From: Eledone cirrhosa
Taxonomy: Eukaryota
Direction: 5' to 3'
Assembly (NCBI GenBank): GCA_964016885.1
Contig: OZ024741.1
Location: forward strand, 32,922,001-32,986,000
DNA: 64,000 nt
Each line of letters starts with the position of its first letter. Positions within the stretch are counted from its first letter, which is position 1. The position numbers and the translations under genes were made by a program. Below, piece after piece: positions 44,162 to 57,775 of this stretch. The notes beneath the pieces are model-generated. The model worked only from the letters and a program-made list of their open reading frames with translations. It did not search any database and was not told the origin of the DNA.

Positions 44162-44309
44162 TTATCTCCCCTGTTTGCTGAAAATTAAAGTAAGTGAGAC
44201 TATGACTACTCTAAAACAATAGCATAAGGTCTTCGAAATGCTTTTAATTAAGCATACAGTGAATTGCAAAATATACTATATATACATTCATATATATATA
44301 CATATATAT

Positions 44310-45646
44310 GTGTAGAAGGTGAGTAATATTGTAGAACAATAAAACAATGCATCAGATAAGTAGCACTCAACAGTTGGTAGAACTGGAGTATATATGATAA
44401 AGAAGAAATTAAAAGATGGTTAAAAGAGTTCCATATATTTTATTATGCGCATTTCGAATACAAAATCATCCTGGGACAAAAATTGTAACATGATATGAGG
44501 CATAATAGCTCTACATTTAATTCTCCACTTAAAAGGACCAGCACCACACTCTCAGTACTTATTTGGTCCTTAAAAGAGAAAAACATAAATTACAAAACTT
44601 CTTGGCGTAAAATCTACAACGCATCACCATACTCCAATGCTTCCATATCTAGTGTTTGTAATTTATGTCTAGTTGAAAAATTTACCATTATCTCGAATTT
44701 CAACACAATAATAAATCGAAGAACCGATTTATTTGGACTTTGTAATCATAAATCCTACAAGACCTTTCACAAAGTATATAGTTGATGTCCTATAACATAT
44801 TCCACGAGTCACGATCATCTTTCATTATATTCTACAATGTATTAATTTGGTTTTCTCATCATATTTTAAGCCTTTGACCTTTTTTCTATAGCCTTAGATT
44901 TTCGCTCAAACCTTCGTAGATTTTGTAAACAAATTATGACGTCATATGTTTTTCTACGTTTATAAATCTTTCTAGCAATTTCCTTCATTTACTTGTTGAT
45001 ATAAAATAAAAATTAAATAGTATACCCCACATATATATTTTTACTAGCAATTATTAATTTTGACATAGACTATTTTTATTTTTATTTTATTTTATAAAAA
45101 TCTTTTTTTATATTTATTTTATTTTACTTTATTTTATTTTATTAATACATTTTTACACTTCTTAATCCAATTTTTAGTATTTAAAACCAATATAAAATAA
45201 TATACCCAGTTTCTATATTTAGACCTCTAATATTTGAATACCGTCTATAATATTCGCACATACACCTCATCAATTTACTTTTTAACCGTTATTTACAGCT
45301 GTTTTCATTTTGACAGCGTTCCTGATCAAAAGTCTCTCTCTCACTCTTTCTCTCTCTCTTTCTCTCTCTTTCTTTCTTTCACTCTCTTCCTTTTTTCTTT
45401 TTTTTTTCATTTCTTTTCATCTATTTTCCTATCTATTTCTTACTATAGTTTTAACACTTATATCTCTGTCATATGTAGACTTAGCACTTTCCTGTAAACA
45501 AGTGCCATTATGCCTCATATCATGTTACCTTATTTTATCTGATGAGAACACAATTTTTGTCCCAGGATGATTTTTGTATTCGAAATGCGCATAATAAAAT
45601 ATATGGAACTCTTGTAATCATCTTTAAACCATCTTTTAACAATCTT

Positions 45647-45650
<4 letters not shown>
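44310..45650 (+). mobile_element. 5'-truncated Penelope-like element (GIY-YIG C-terminus, 3' UTR, HHR) with inverted partial pLTR at its 5' end
   Basis: ORF 44495-44785 TTLS..IWSLKE..W..PYS..CNLCLVEK..NRRTDL..CNH; 44412-44494 is the reverse complement of the 45550-45640 region. Confidence 0.85.
45533..45599 (+). ncRNA. Type I hammerhead ribozyme (same family as 26234)
   Basis: TTTTAT CTGATGA GAACACAA..TTGTATTC GAAA TGCGCA TA ATAAAA. Confidence 0.83.
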
Positions 45651-45678
<28 letters not shown>

Positions 45679-45788
45679 TATATGCGTGTGTTTTAGGTAA
45701 TTCCGAAGAAAAAGCAAAGGAAAAAAGAGTGCTCTATGCATAGAACAGAGCTATTTAATTAGAAAGTGAACAACACAAAATATAACTA

Positions 45789-45856
45789 CTCCGTTACCAA
45801 AGGTTTCTGGGTCCTAGACAATATTAATATACGTCTAGATCGTTCATCAGATAGAA
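45789..45856 (-). ncRNA. Type I hammerhead motif within a small foldback (arms about 45757-45810 and 45861-45915)
   Basis: TTCTAT CTGATGA ..TCTAGAC..GTCTAGG.. GAAACC ttt GGTA ACGGAG. Confidence 0.68.
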
Positions 45857-46012
45857 GGGTCCAGAAACTTTTGGTAATGGAGTATTTATATATTGTGTTG
45901 TTCACTTTCTAATTATATATATATAAGTCCCGGGTTCAATTGGAAGTAACCGACAAATAGCAAGGTACTCAATACATTAGTAGAGAGTAAACATCGTGTT
46001 TAATATAGAAAT

Positions 46013-46064
46013 GGCTTCTACGGGACTAAAACTGTTTCATTCAAAAGGAATCACCAGGAAATCC
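46013..46064 (-). ncRNA. Hammerhead motif (inverted copy of 46299)
   Basis: GGATTTC CTGGTGA TTC..GAAT GAAACAG..CCGTA GAAGCC. Confidence 0.6.
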
Positions 46065-46298
46065 GGCTGTCGTTGTAAGACACAAGTGTGTGGTGTTCGT
46101 ACGTATATGTGTACGTGAGTGTAAATATGAACCTTTACATTTACCTGTATAATTTTATTAAAGTGCATATAGCTACTTTTTTTAAAGAATCCCTGTTCTT
46201 TAAATTCCCTTGACCAATAAACACCACTCATCCCCCAAACCACCACCGTCCCCAGCCACCAGAATACATATAGATACAAGTATTTTACAAAGACAGAC

Positions 46299-46350
46299 GG
46301 CTTTCCTGGTGATTTCTTTTGAATGAAACAGTTCTATTCCTGTAGAAGCC
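46299..46350 (+). ncRNA. Hammerhead motif (A6G); decayed relatives at about 49590-49690 retain CTGATGA
   Basis: GGCTTTC CTGGTGA TTTCttttGAAT GAAACAG ttctattc CTGTA GAAGCC. Confidence 0.65.
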
Positions 46351-46384
46351 ATTTCTATATTAAACATACCTACATATATATATA

Positions 46385-46565
46385 TAGGAAAAAGTATGAC
46401 CCCGACAGCAGAGCTCAAGCCGTTTCGACGTCCAGAAATAGCTGTCGAAACGACTTGAGCTCTGCCGTCGGGGTCATACATTTTCCTATTTCCCACTCTA
46501 CTACCCTAAGTATTGAGTACTCTGGTGCGTTATGGTCCATCTGGTTCCTTACCACAATTCCTTTG

Positions 46566-46625
<60 letters not shown>

Positions 46626-46785
46626 CGAAGGAAATGTGGTAAGGAACCAGGTGGACCATAACGCACCAAAGTACTCAATACTTAGGGTAGTAGAGTGGGT
46701 AATAGGAACGAGTAGGACCCCTAGTCCAGAATTAGCCGTCGAAACGGCTTGAGCTCAGCCGTCGGTGTCCTACTCGTTCCTATAT
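46385..46785. repeat. Nested foldbacks containing the 3' half of a hammerhead (GAAACGGC..GCCGTC)
   Basis: 46385-46430 pairs with 46445-46490; 46490-46570 pairs with 46622-46700; further copy at 46740-46782. Confidence 0.75.
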
Positions 46786-46963
46786 ATATATATATAAGAA
46801 AATTTCGCTCTACATGGCTGAATACAACAAATGTAATCTGAGTTTTTCGAATATTAATAATAACATTCGATTTGTTTGCAATTATACACACAAGCCTCAA
46901 TTTTATAGCCATGTCACTAGAATGAACCCTTCATTCTTGCTCTTGTGCTGGCATGCGATGAGA

Positions 46964-47009
46964 ACTGCAGACACTAATGTTTCTGGGTATCACCCTTCAT
47001 CAGTACAGC
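46964..47009 (-). ncRNA. Type I hammerhead ribozyme
   Basis: GCTGTA CTGATGA aGGGT gat ACCCa GAAACA ttag TGTC TGCAGT. Confidence 0.83.
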
Positions 47010-47229
47010 TCACTGTTCACAACACAAGGGCAAGAATGAAGTGTTCATTCTACTGACATGGCTATAAAATTGAGGCTTGTCTGCATAATTGCAAACGAAT
47101 CGAATGTTATTATTAATATTCGAAAAACTCAGATTAGATTTATTGTATTCAGCCATGTAGAGCGAAATTTTCTTTTTTATTTGAATTTGGCAAAGCCGGC
47201 CATTTATCGCTCGTATACAGGAAACTGAC

Positions 47230-47333
47230 TGGCCAGTCTGCTGATATGCAAATCTGACTGATCAGTGAATCTGCTAATATGCAAATCCGACTGATCAGCC
47301 AGTCTGGTAATATGCAAATCAGGCCGATCAGTC
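47230..47333 (+). promoter_or_regulatory. Three 33-bp repeats, each with an octamer ATGCAAAT
   Basis: ATGCAAAT at 47246, 47279 and 47312; function is inferred. Confidence 0.55.
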
Positions 47334-47398
47334 ACTGTGTATTTTTGAAAATAGCATATATTTTCACTAGCTCTGACAGTTTGGCCGGTGAACAGTGA

Positions 47399-47444
47399 GC
47401 TGTACTGATGAAGGATGATACCCAGAAACATTAGTGCCTGCAGT
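47399..47444 (+). ncRNA. Type I hammerhead motif (GCC at the cleavage triplet, probably inactive)
   Basis: GCTGTA CTGATGA AGGATGATACCCA GAAACA ttag TGCC TGCAGT. Confidence 0.72.
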
Positions 47445-47805
47445 TCTGTTCACATGCCAACACAAGAGCAAGAATGAAGTGTTAATTCTACTGACATGGC
47501 TATAAAATTGAGGCTTGTTTGCAAAATTGCAAACGAATCGAATGTTATTATTAATATTCGAAAAACTCAGATTACATTTTGGGATTCTATTATTTTTGGA
47601 ATTCTATTATTTAAGTTCGAGTATTGTTCCATAACTTCAGGTTTCCTATCAATAACATTCAAATTTACTTAAAGCTATCCTCAGATGGGTAAATCGACAT
47701 ATTTTTTTACTACATTGTTCTCAGTCGTGGCCTGTGCTCTGCTCTATATGACTATTAAACAGTAAAACGCAAATATTTAGAGAAAATATTATGAAAATTC
47801 AATAC

Positions 47806-47918
47806 ACGTAATAATTGTTTCTACTTTAGGCACAAGGCCAGCAATTACCCAGTTCATTACTGGTACTTTGCACTAGGTAATTGCTGGCCTTGTGCCTAAA
47901 GTAGAAACAATTATTACA
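47806..47918. repeat. Hairpin made of two inverted SINE-A tails
   Basis: GTAATAATTGTTTCTACTTTAGGCACAAGGCCAGCAATTACC and its reverse complement. Confidence 0.8.
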
Positions 47919-48252
47919 TATCAATACGCGTAATAATATGAAATATTTATTATGTTTAAAACATATTATACTATAGAGACAATAATTTAACTACTGCTAG
48001 AATAACACAATAAATATTTCATACATACATACATAAATATATACATATTCCTATGTACACACATACAGATGCACACGCATTCACACACACACACATGCAT
48101 ACGCACACATATATGTGTTTGGAGGGGTGTCTGTGTGTACAGAGAGGGAGAGATTTATGAACATAAAAATAATTGTCATTTGCGTTTAAAAAGCAGTTGC
48201 ATCATCGCAGTTTCTTTGGAAATTACATATGCAGACATACATATATATACAT

Positions 48253-48292
<40 letters not shown>

Positions 48293-48373
48293 GTATATAA
48301 GTATATATGTATGTATAGACTAAAATTAAAACTATTTGAGTAATATTACACCATATATATATATTATATATAT

Positions 48374-48436
<63 letters not shown>

Positions 48437-48570
48437 CACCCGTTTTACGTGTCTTGTGTTGAAGCAAATAACTTTGTGTATACACTGGGAATGTATCTTA
48501 CATTGCCCATCGAGTGCGCTGAGATACAACCGGTACTGGCATTGATAAATATGGTGGGTCCGTCAACCCT

Positions 48571-48610
<40 letters not shown>

Positions 48611-49051
48611 ATATATATAGCAAAGGTAAAACTATAAATACAAGGCTTAAAGGCAAGTAGAGAATTATATATGATATATAATTGCCACGTCTTTTCAGAA
48701 CTAGCTCGATGAGTATATGTATTATATTGGTTGGAAGAGAAAGCTTTTTAAGGAGAAAGTTTTGGAAATGATGGTAAAGTATATATATTCCTACATATCA
48801 CGGCATATATATATAGAAAGATATTGGTATATAGAGAGAGATATTGGTTATATGAATTGTCACATAATATTATTCGAATAATTGGATGTACATGTCTAAG
48901 GAATTAAATATGATTTAAATGCTATTTTTTCATTTATTATTCATATATATTAATAATAATAATAATTTATATATATATTTATATATACATCCATTCAATC
49001 ATACATACGCACGCTCACATGCATACACACGCACACACACTCACACACATG

Positions 49052-49200
<149 letters not shown>

Positions 49201-49729
49201 TGGTTTCCACCTGTTAATAGTAGAGCGGATAACATTGTTAGAACTCGATGCAGCCTTGAACAGATGGTTTCAGCGAGATTAGACAGTAAGTCATATTGCT
49301 TTTGTAGTAGCAGAGTTGTTTATATATATATATGCGTACTGAACAATGAAATAAAACAAAATAAAGCTCTACAAAATGTAGTTTTTATGTTGCATTGTAT
49401 TGAGCTATTTATGGTGTAATATGACTCAAATAGTTTTATTTTAGTCTATATTTACATATATACTTATATATATATATGTGTGTGTGTGTGTCTGTGCGCG
49501 CGTGTGTGTGTGTGTTCCGGGTTTAATTGGAGGTAACCACAGTAAGTAAGGTACTCAATACATATTAGAGTATATACAATATTTAATATAGAAATTGCTT
49601 CTATGAGACTAGAACTGTTTTATTCGAAGTAATTTGTCAGGGCTTTCCTGATGATCCTTCCAATGAAGCTTTTCTAGTCCTGTAGAATCCATTTCTACAC
49701 ACACACACACACAAACACACACACACGCA

Positions 49730-49789
<60 letters not shown>

Positions 49790-49827
49790 AAAACACACAT
49801 ACACACACACACATATATATATATATT

Positions 49828-49864
<37 letters not shown>

Positions 49865-50036
49865 GCTATGGCAATGCGGCTGGACTGCCGATCGCTATCT
49901 TTGATTTGCAAAGTTGTCTAAACGTATTGTTATTACTTTGGGGTACTATTCCCTATCGAGTGCTAAAACTACATACCGAATTTGCATTCGTTAGCTTGGC
50001 CGCAACCTAAAGCTTCGTTAATGCTGTACTAAAATT

Positions 50037-50073
<37 letters not shown>

Positions 50074-50830
50074 TTATACATATAGAAATACATATAATTC
50101 AAAACCCTGGCTGAAATCCACAGCTATTTCCTCATTTTCATAATGCCAACCTGCCAACCAATCAAATGTATTTTTTAATGTCACATTTCTAAACTTCAAC
50201 TAATGTGTGAGCAGATGTAAAAACGTAAACAATAAATGTATTGGAAAGAACCTTTTCTTAGAAATAGTGACCTGCTTCTATAAATCTATGGCTCCATGTA
50301 TCTAAATCGAGATATTACATCGCAATAGAGTGATTGTAACCTTAAAGAAATAGAACACACATCCACATATAGTAATAAAATGAGTTTAAATACACTGTTG
50401 AATTAAAATTAACTAAGCATCCATATTAAACGTTTAGTTGATTCTGGAAATAGTATTGGTCGTCAGGTAGTCCCTGTTGCGAAAAAATAAATGAGATGTG
50501 GAGATAAAGATCGTTATTAAATCTGGTCAGAAAAGGCAGTTGAAACATTCCTTGAATTTAAATAAATTTAATATAATTAATAATAGTACGAAGTGGAGAA
50601 ATGTGGCAGCAGATGATAATTTTGAACCTCCTTAGTGAAGCATACTCTAATGTCACCATTACTGCTAGGTCTTAGGATGACTGGAAGGAGAGAGATTATG
50701 AGAGACAGAGATTGGAGAAAGAGAGAAGTGAGCATTTTAGTGAAGAAACATTTTACGTTCACATTAACGTGTTTATGTCTGTATAATATTTAATCTCATT
50801 CTTTCTCTTTCTTTTTCTCTCTATCTCTTC

Positions 50831-50890
<60 letters not shown>

Positions 50891-50970
50891 CATCTTTCTC
50901 ATTCTCTCACTCTCATGTCTTTTTCTGACTAAGAAAAGTAGTTTGATATACCATATACTTCCTCAACATT

Positions 50971-51014
<44 letters not shown>

Positions 51015-51042
51015 TAAGTACCCCAGGTATTACTCCCACCAC

Positions 51043-51089
51043 TTCTTCGTCTTCTTCTTCTTCTTCTTCTTCTTCTTCTTCTTCTTCTT

Positions 51090-51121
<32 letters not shown>

Positions 51122-51510
51122 GAGCCTTGTTGCTGGGTTAGTCTTTGTTAGTTATTAGTGAGCACTTTCGCATCTAAAGTCCTTCTTCAGACTCAGTCAT
51201 TCATGGCTGGCAACTCTGTTACCCACCAGAGAGTGTCTACATGTGTTTCCATCATTCCAAGTCACCTCTACGGTTTAGGGTAGGCCCTGGCTTCCTAATA
51301 AAATGCACCTCCACTATTCTGATGTTTATCACGTCTGCTTCTCCCACGAGTATTTTCGTAGTTAAAATTTCTTCCACATGCTTCTCTGTATTGGAACACT
51401 GCGCTCGGATGAATCACTTTTTGGAAAAGTTCTTGCATTCTGTGCGTTAGTTGTGGGGTATATATACCTTCGTCGTTTCTGAGGACAAGAGATCTACCAT
51501 CAATGTCAAA
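51043..51510 (-). mobile_element. Possible decayed LINE (RTE-like) 3' end with (GAA)n tail
   Basis: Higher-GC segment ending in (AAG)n on the minus strand; only weak protein resemblance. Confidence 0.3.
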
Positions 51511-52186
51511 CGGCAACCCCTGCTAACATAATCACCACAACCACCTCTACCACTAATACCACCAATATCATTAATACGACCCCTATATCATAGACACCAC
51601 AATTATTTCTACCACTATTACCGCCAATATCATTTCTACGTCCCCTACCAACATCAATCCCTCTACCACCAACACCATCAATATCATCACTATGACCTTA
51701 ATAACATAATCACCGCAAGCCCTTCTACCACTAATACCACCAATAGCATTAGAACGACCCCTACCAACATTATTACAGAAACCATCTCTACCACCAATAC
51801 CACTAATTACATAACTACGACCCCTATCAAAATAAACCCACATTATCACCGTAACACCAACATTAGAAATAATCCTTATAACACGACGGAAGACACTTCA
51901 CGAGAAATAGCAGTACATATTTCCCTCAAATCACAATTTACAATCTTTAAATAAAGATACTTCTTAGATATTGTTTGTTCTCTGTGTGTGAAGTGTGTGT
52001 GTGCGGGGGGGGGGGGGGGGCAATATAGCAAGTACACAAGGAATCCTCTGCGTTGTCACAGTATGCTAGAAAAAGTAGCTAAATTTCACTCAATTCACGA
52101 CATATCGTCGAAAAATATCTAAATTGAAACATTTTATAATAAAATTCGGGATACATGAAGTCTGAAATAAATAAGTCGTTGATCAT

Positions 52187-52243
<57 letters not shown>

Positions 52244-52389
52244 AGCACTATTGGATAGAAAAAAGAAACATTCAGAAGCCATAACATCATCATCATCAAC
52301 AACAATGTCGATGGCAACAAAGAGAAAATCTTTTACATTTGAACTTGATGTGCGCAAGTATCCTGCGGGAAGATGGATGTTTGTTTAAT

Positions 52390-53272
52390 GTGTGTCTGTG
52401 TATGTGTATGTGTGTATGTGTGTGTATGTGTATGTGTATGTGTGTATGTGTGTGTATGTGTATGTGTATGTGTGTATGTGTGTGTGTGAATGTGTGTATG
52501 TGTGTATGTGTGTATGTGTGTGTATTTTTATACAACAGGTAAATAAAACAAAAGAAGGGAAGATTTCCCCCTGATAAACGACACACATAAACACATACAT
52601 ACATACACATGCACATAGATACATATACACATACACACATACACACATATACACACATACACACATACACATACACACACACATACACGCATACACACAA
52701 GCACACATCACATACGCAGAAACATGTACACATACACATATACATACATGCATACATACATACATACAGACACACACACATACATACATGCGTACATATA
52801 TACATACATGCATACATGACATGCATGCATACATATATACATACATACATGCATACATACACACAGACACACACATACATACATGCATACATACATATAT
52901 ACATACATGTATACATTACATGCATGCATACATTTATACATACATACATATATACATACATGCATACCTGCATACATACATACATACATAGATACACAAA
53001 CATGCACATACATATATACATTTATACATACATACATATATACATACATGCATACCTGCATACATACATACATACATAGATACACAAACATGCACATACA
53101 TATATACATACATGCATACATGCATACATGCATACATACATGCATACATAGATACACATACATGCACATACATTCATACATATATATATATATACATACA
53201 TACACATACATACACACACATGCATTCACACACACATACATACATACACACATATAGAGATACATATAAACA
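52390..53272. repeat. Compound (TG/TATG)n and (CA/CATA)n microsatellites
   Basis: Seen directly. Confidence 0.9.
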
Positions 53273-53439
53273 TAGTGTATTACAGTTATCTCAGTTCATA
53301 TATACATGTTCACACACATTTGCAAACGCTGCTTTAAAACTGAGGAAGAAAGGAGCGCCACCTAGTGTGAGAGGTGTCAAATCTTATCGTCTGATCTCAT
53401 CTCTCTTTAATCGCTAAAATATTAGATGTCAAGCAGTTT

Positions 53440-53758
53440 ATCACCCATCTTCATCATCACCACCACCACCACCATCTTCATCACCACCACCACCACCATC
53501 ATCTTCATCACCACCACCACCATCATCTTCATCATCACCACCACCACCACCATCTTCATCACCACCACCACCACCATCATCTTCATCATCACCACCACCA
53601 CCACCACCATCTTCATCACCACCACCACCACCACCATCTTCATCACCACCACCACCACCACCATCTTCATCACCACCACCACCACCACCATCTTCATCAC
53701 CACCACCACCACCACCATCTTCATCATCACCACCACCACCACCACCACCATCTTCATC

Positions 53759-53789
<31 letters not shown>

Positions 53790-54466
53790 CCACCACCACC
53801 ACCATCTTCATCACCACCACCACCACCACCATCTTCATCATCACCACCACCACCACCACCACCACCATCTTCATCACCACCACCACCACCATCATCATCA
53901 TCACCACCACCACCACCACCATCTTCATCACCACCACCACCACCACCACCACCATCTTCATCACCACCACCACCACCATCATCGTCATCATCACCACCAC
54001 CACCATCTTCATCACCACCACCACCACCATCATCATCATCACCACCACCACCACCATCATCTTCATCATCATCACCACCACCACCACCACCATCTTCATC
54101 ACCACCACCACCACCACCATCTTCATCACCACCACCACCACCATCATCGTCATCATCACCACCACCACCATCTTCATCACCACCACCACCACCATCATCA
54201 TCATCACCACCACCACCACCATCATCTTCATCATCATCACCACCACCACCACCATCTTCATCACCACCACCACCACCATCTTCATCACCACCACCACCAC
54301 CACCATCATCATCATCACCACCACCATCACCATCATCATCACCACCACCACCACCACCATCTTCATCACCACCATCACCACCACCACCACCACCACCACC
54401 ACCATCATCATCACCACCAACACCACCACCACCATCACCATCACCACCACCACCACCATCTTCATC

Positions 54467-54497
<31 letters not shown>

Positions 54498-55075
54498 CCA
54501 CCACCACCACCATCTTCATCACCACCACCACCACCACCATCTTCATCACCACCACCACCATCACCTTCATCACCACCACCACCACCACCACCATCTTCAT
54601 CATCACCACCACCACCACCATCTTCATCATCACCACCACCACCACCATCTTCATCATCAGCTTCAAGATCATCATCATCATCATCATCAGTAGCAGCAGC
54701 AGCAGCACCATCATCATCTTCATCATCAGCAGCAGCAGCAGCAGCAGCATCATTAACATCACCATCATCACCATTAACATCACCATCATCACCATCAACA
54801 TCAACATCATCATCATCATCATGTGCATCAATATTTTCATCGTCCTTGTTGTCATAGTTGTTGCTACTGTTGTTATCACCATCATCATCAGCATCAGCTT
54901 CAAGATCACCATCATCACCATCATCACCATCATCATCACCATCATCACCATCATCACCATCATCACCATCATCACCATCATCACCATCATCATCATCACC
55001 ATCATCACCATCATCATCATCATCATCATCACCATCATCACCATCATCAGCATCATCATCATCACCATCACCATC

Positions 55076-55106
<31 letters not shown>

Positions 55107-55168
55107 CCATCATCACCATCATCACCATCATCACCATCATCACCATCATCATTATCACCATCACCATC

Positions 55169-55199
<31 letters not shown>

Positions 55200-55341
55200 C
55201 CATCATCACCATCATCAGCATCATCATTATCACCATCACCATCACCATCACCATCACCATCACCACCATCATCATCATCAACATCATCACCATCATCACC
55301 ATCATCACCATCATCATCATCATCATCATCACCACCATCAC

Positions 55342-55412
<71 letters not shown>

Positions 55413-55585
55413 CCATCATCATCACCATCGTCATTATTAGCAACAGCGTCATTATCATTATCATTGCCATCTTAAAATAATCCTCGCTATCATCATCATC
55501 ATTATCATCGCCTTTTACATCTTCATCATCATCATCATAAATATTATCGTCATCACCATTGGCAACATCACCACTATCATTAACA
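53440..55585. repeat. (CAC/CAT)n trinucleotide low-complexity tract, about 2.1 kb
   Basis: Seen directly; gives poly-M/V, poly-T/I and poly-H pseudo-ORFs. Confidence 0.95.
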
Positions 55586-55917
55586 TGTGTATGTGTATGT
55601 ATATCAATGTGGGTGTATATCTATATCTATATCTATATATGAATGAAACTAAATTTTATTTCTCACTCTTAGTACGGCAGTTACTTAAATGTAAGTAAGT
55701 ATGTATGTATACGTACATACATATATGTATACAGACGTACAGTAGTATGTATATATATACATACATGCACATATATATATATATATGCACGTATCGGTTT
55801 ACCGAACATTTATTATAATGCTCGGTTTGTTTGTTTGTAAACAAACAAACAAACCGAATTACACCGTACAGTGTTTAGGCAACCACGTCACCTCTTTGTT
55901 CAACACTGACACAGGAA

Positions 55918-55958
55918 CGATGTACTAGTTTCAAGCTTATTAGCTATCGTCAGCATTG
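55918..55958 (-). ncRNA. Type I hammerhead ribozyme
   Basis: CAATG CTGACGA tAGCT aata AGCTt GAAACTAGTA CATCG. Confidence 0.78.
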
Positions 55959-56316
55959 TATACCTTCCTGCCAGATGGTTGAACGTCTGAAAGTATATAC
56001 TTTCCTTATGCATATTAACGGCTGAGAAGCCTAATTTGCATATCGAGTGAGTTCAGTCGGCTGGGCGCACCGAAAACGATAAATGGAATAGAATCAAAAG
56101 AAATTTCATTTCTCACTCTTAGTACGGCACTTACTTAAATGTAAGTATGCATGTATGTATACGTACATACATATATGTATATACAGACGTACAGTAGTAT
56201 GTATATATATACATACATGCACATATATATATATATGCACGTAGGCTGCTCAGCCGTTAATATGCATAAGGAAAGTATATACTTTCAGACGTTCAACTAT
56301 CTGGCAGGAAGGTATA

Positions 56317-56357
56317 CGATGCTGACGATAGCTAATAAGCTTGAAACTAGTACATCG
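56317..56357 (+). ncRNA. Type I hammerhead ribozyme
   Basis: CGATG CTGACGA tAGCT aata AGCTt GAAACTAGTA CATCG; 5-bp stem I, palindromic ACTAGT stem III. Confidence 0.88.
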
Positions 56358-56642
56358 TTCCTGTGTCAGTGTTGAACAAAGAGGTGACGTGGTTGCCTAA
56401 ACACTGTATGGTGTAATTCGGTTTGTTTGTTTGTTTACAAACAAACAAACCGAGCATTATAATAAATGTTCGGTAAACCGATACGTGCATATATATATAT
56501 ATATATGTGCATGTATGTATATATATACATACTACTGTACGTCTGTATACATATATGTATGTACGTATACATACATACTTACTTACATTTAAGTAACTGC
56601 CGTACTAAGAGTGAGAAATAAAATTTCGTTTCATTCTATTCC

Positions 56643-56730
<88 letters not shown>

Positions 56731-56876
56731 AATGTAGACATCTGGATGCGCATGCTTACATATAAGCACAATAACCAGAGTGTGCGCAAACCGGAGAGAC
56801 TAATGGGGATCCGCATCAGCACAATTGTTTTTATTGGTAAAGTGTAAGGTTTCTTAAAGTCTTATGTGTACATGTA

Positions 56877-57017
<141 letters not shown>

Positions 57018-57045
57018 GCAAGCAGGGAAAAGCGGCGTAAAATGA

Positions 57046-57082
<37 letters not shown>

Positions 57083-57775
57083 ATACTTTGGGAGGGTCAT
57101 GTTGCCAATATATATATAAATGGAATAGAATGAAACGAAATATATATATATATATATATATACATGCATTCACTCATACATAGTCACAAATATTCAGACA
57201 TACACATAAACCCATCTGTCTCCACACACACAATCACGTACGTACGTGTGTGTGTGTGTGTGCGCGCGCGCTAGAGTTCTTCTGTTTATATTGGAATGAA
57301 TTTTTATTCAAATTTAAATGTGTTGTATTATTTTCTATTTTTTTTTTAAATATATGGATTTTTATTTTAAATTTACTTTATTCTCTCGGTTATGACATTA
57401 GGAAGAGACAAGAAATATATATTAAACAAGATTTCGATTTGAACAAGCGATAATATGTTACATATACACACATACACATGTACACACAAACACACACATA
57501 TACATACACACACACACTTACATATACACACTCACACAAACACACATACATACACATACATACACACATACATATACGCACGCACACACACACACACATA
57601 CATACACACACACACAGAAAGTCAGGCGCCCACACAATCCTCTATATAGTCGAAGAGGGTACCAATAATCGTGTTAAAAGTTTTATAACTATAAGTGCAA
57701 GAATGGTCTTTGCGGTTTAGAAGTTCGCTACGCAACTTTCTAGTTCTGGGTTTGAGCCATCTGACAGATACCTGA

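Larger units (their letters stand above)
43624..44300 (+). mobile_element. Non-coding retrozyme-like element: 320-nt monomer between two HHRs plus an inverted 5' copy
   Basis: 43791-43980 repeats at 44111-44300 (offset 320); 43624-43790 is the reverse complement of 43841-44006. Confidence 0.75.
46795..47580 (+). mobile_element. Non-coding retrozyme-like element: 438-nt monomer with HHR, 3 x 33-bp octamer repeat and an inverted 5' copy
   Basis: 47021-47140 repeats at 47459-47580; 46795-47020 is the inverted HHR-containing end. Confidence 0.78.
55640..56648 (-). mobile_element. Non-coding retrozyme-like element: 450-nt monomer with HHR and octamer, plus an inverted copy
   Basis: TCTCACTCTTAGTACGG at 55661 and 56111 (offset 450); 56241-56648 is the inverted copy; ATTTGCAT at 56034-56041. 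Confidence 0.78.

Noticed and set aside
53422-55480. Poly-M/V, poly-T/I, poly-H and poly-S ORFs
   Set aside because: Trinucleotide low-complexity tract, open in several frames on both strands.
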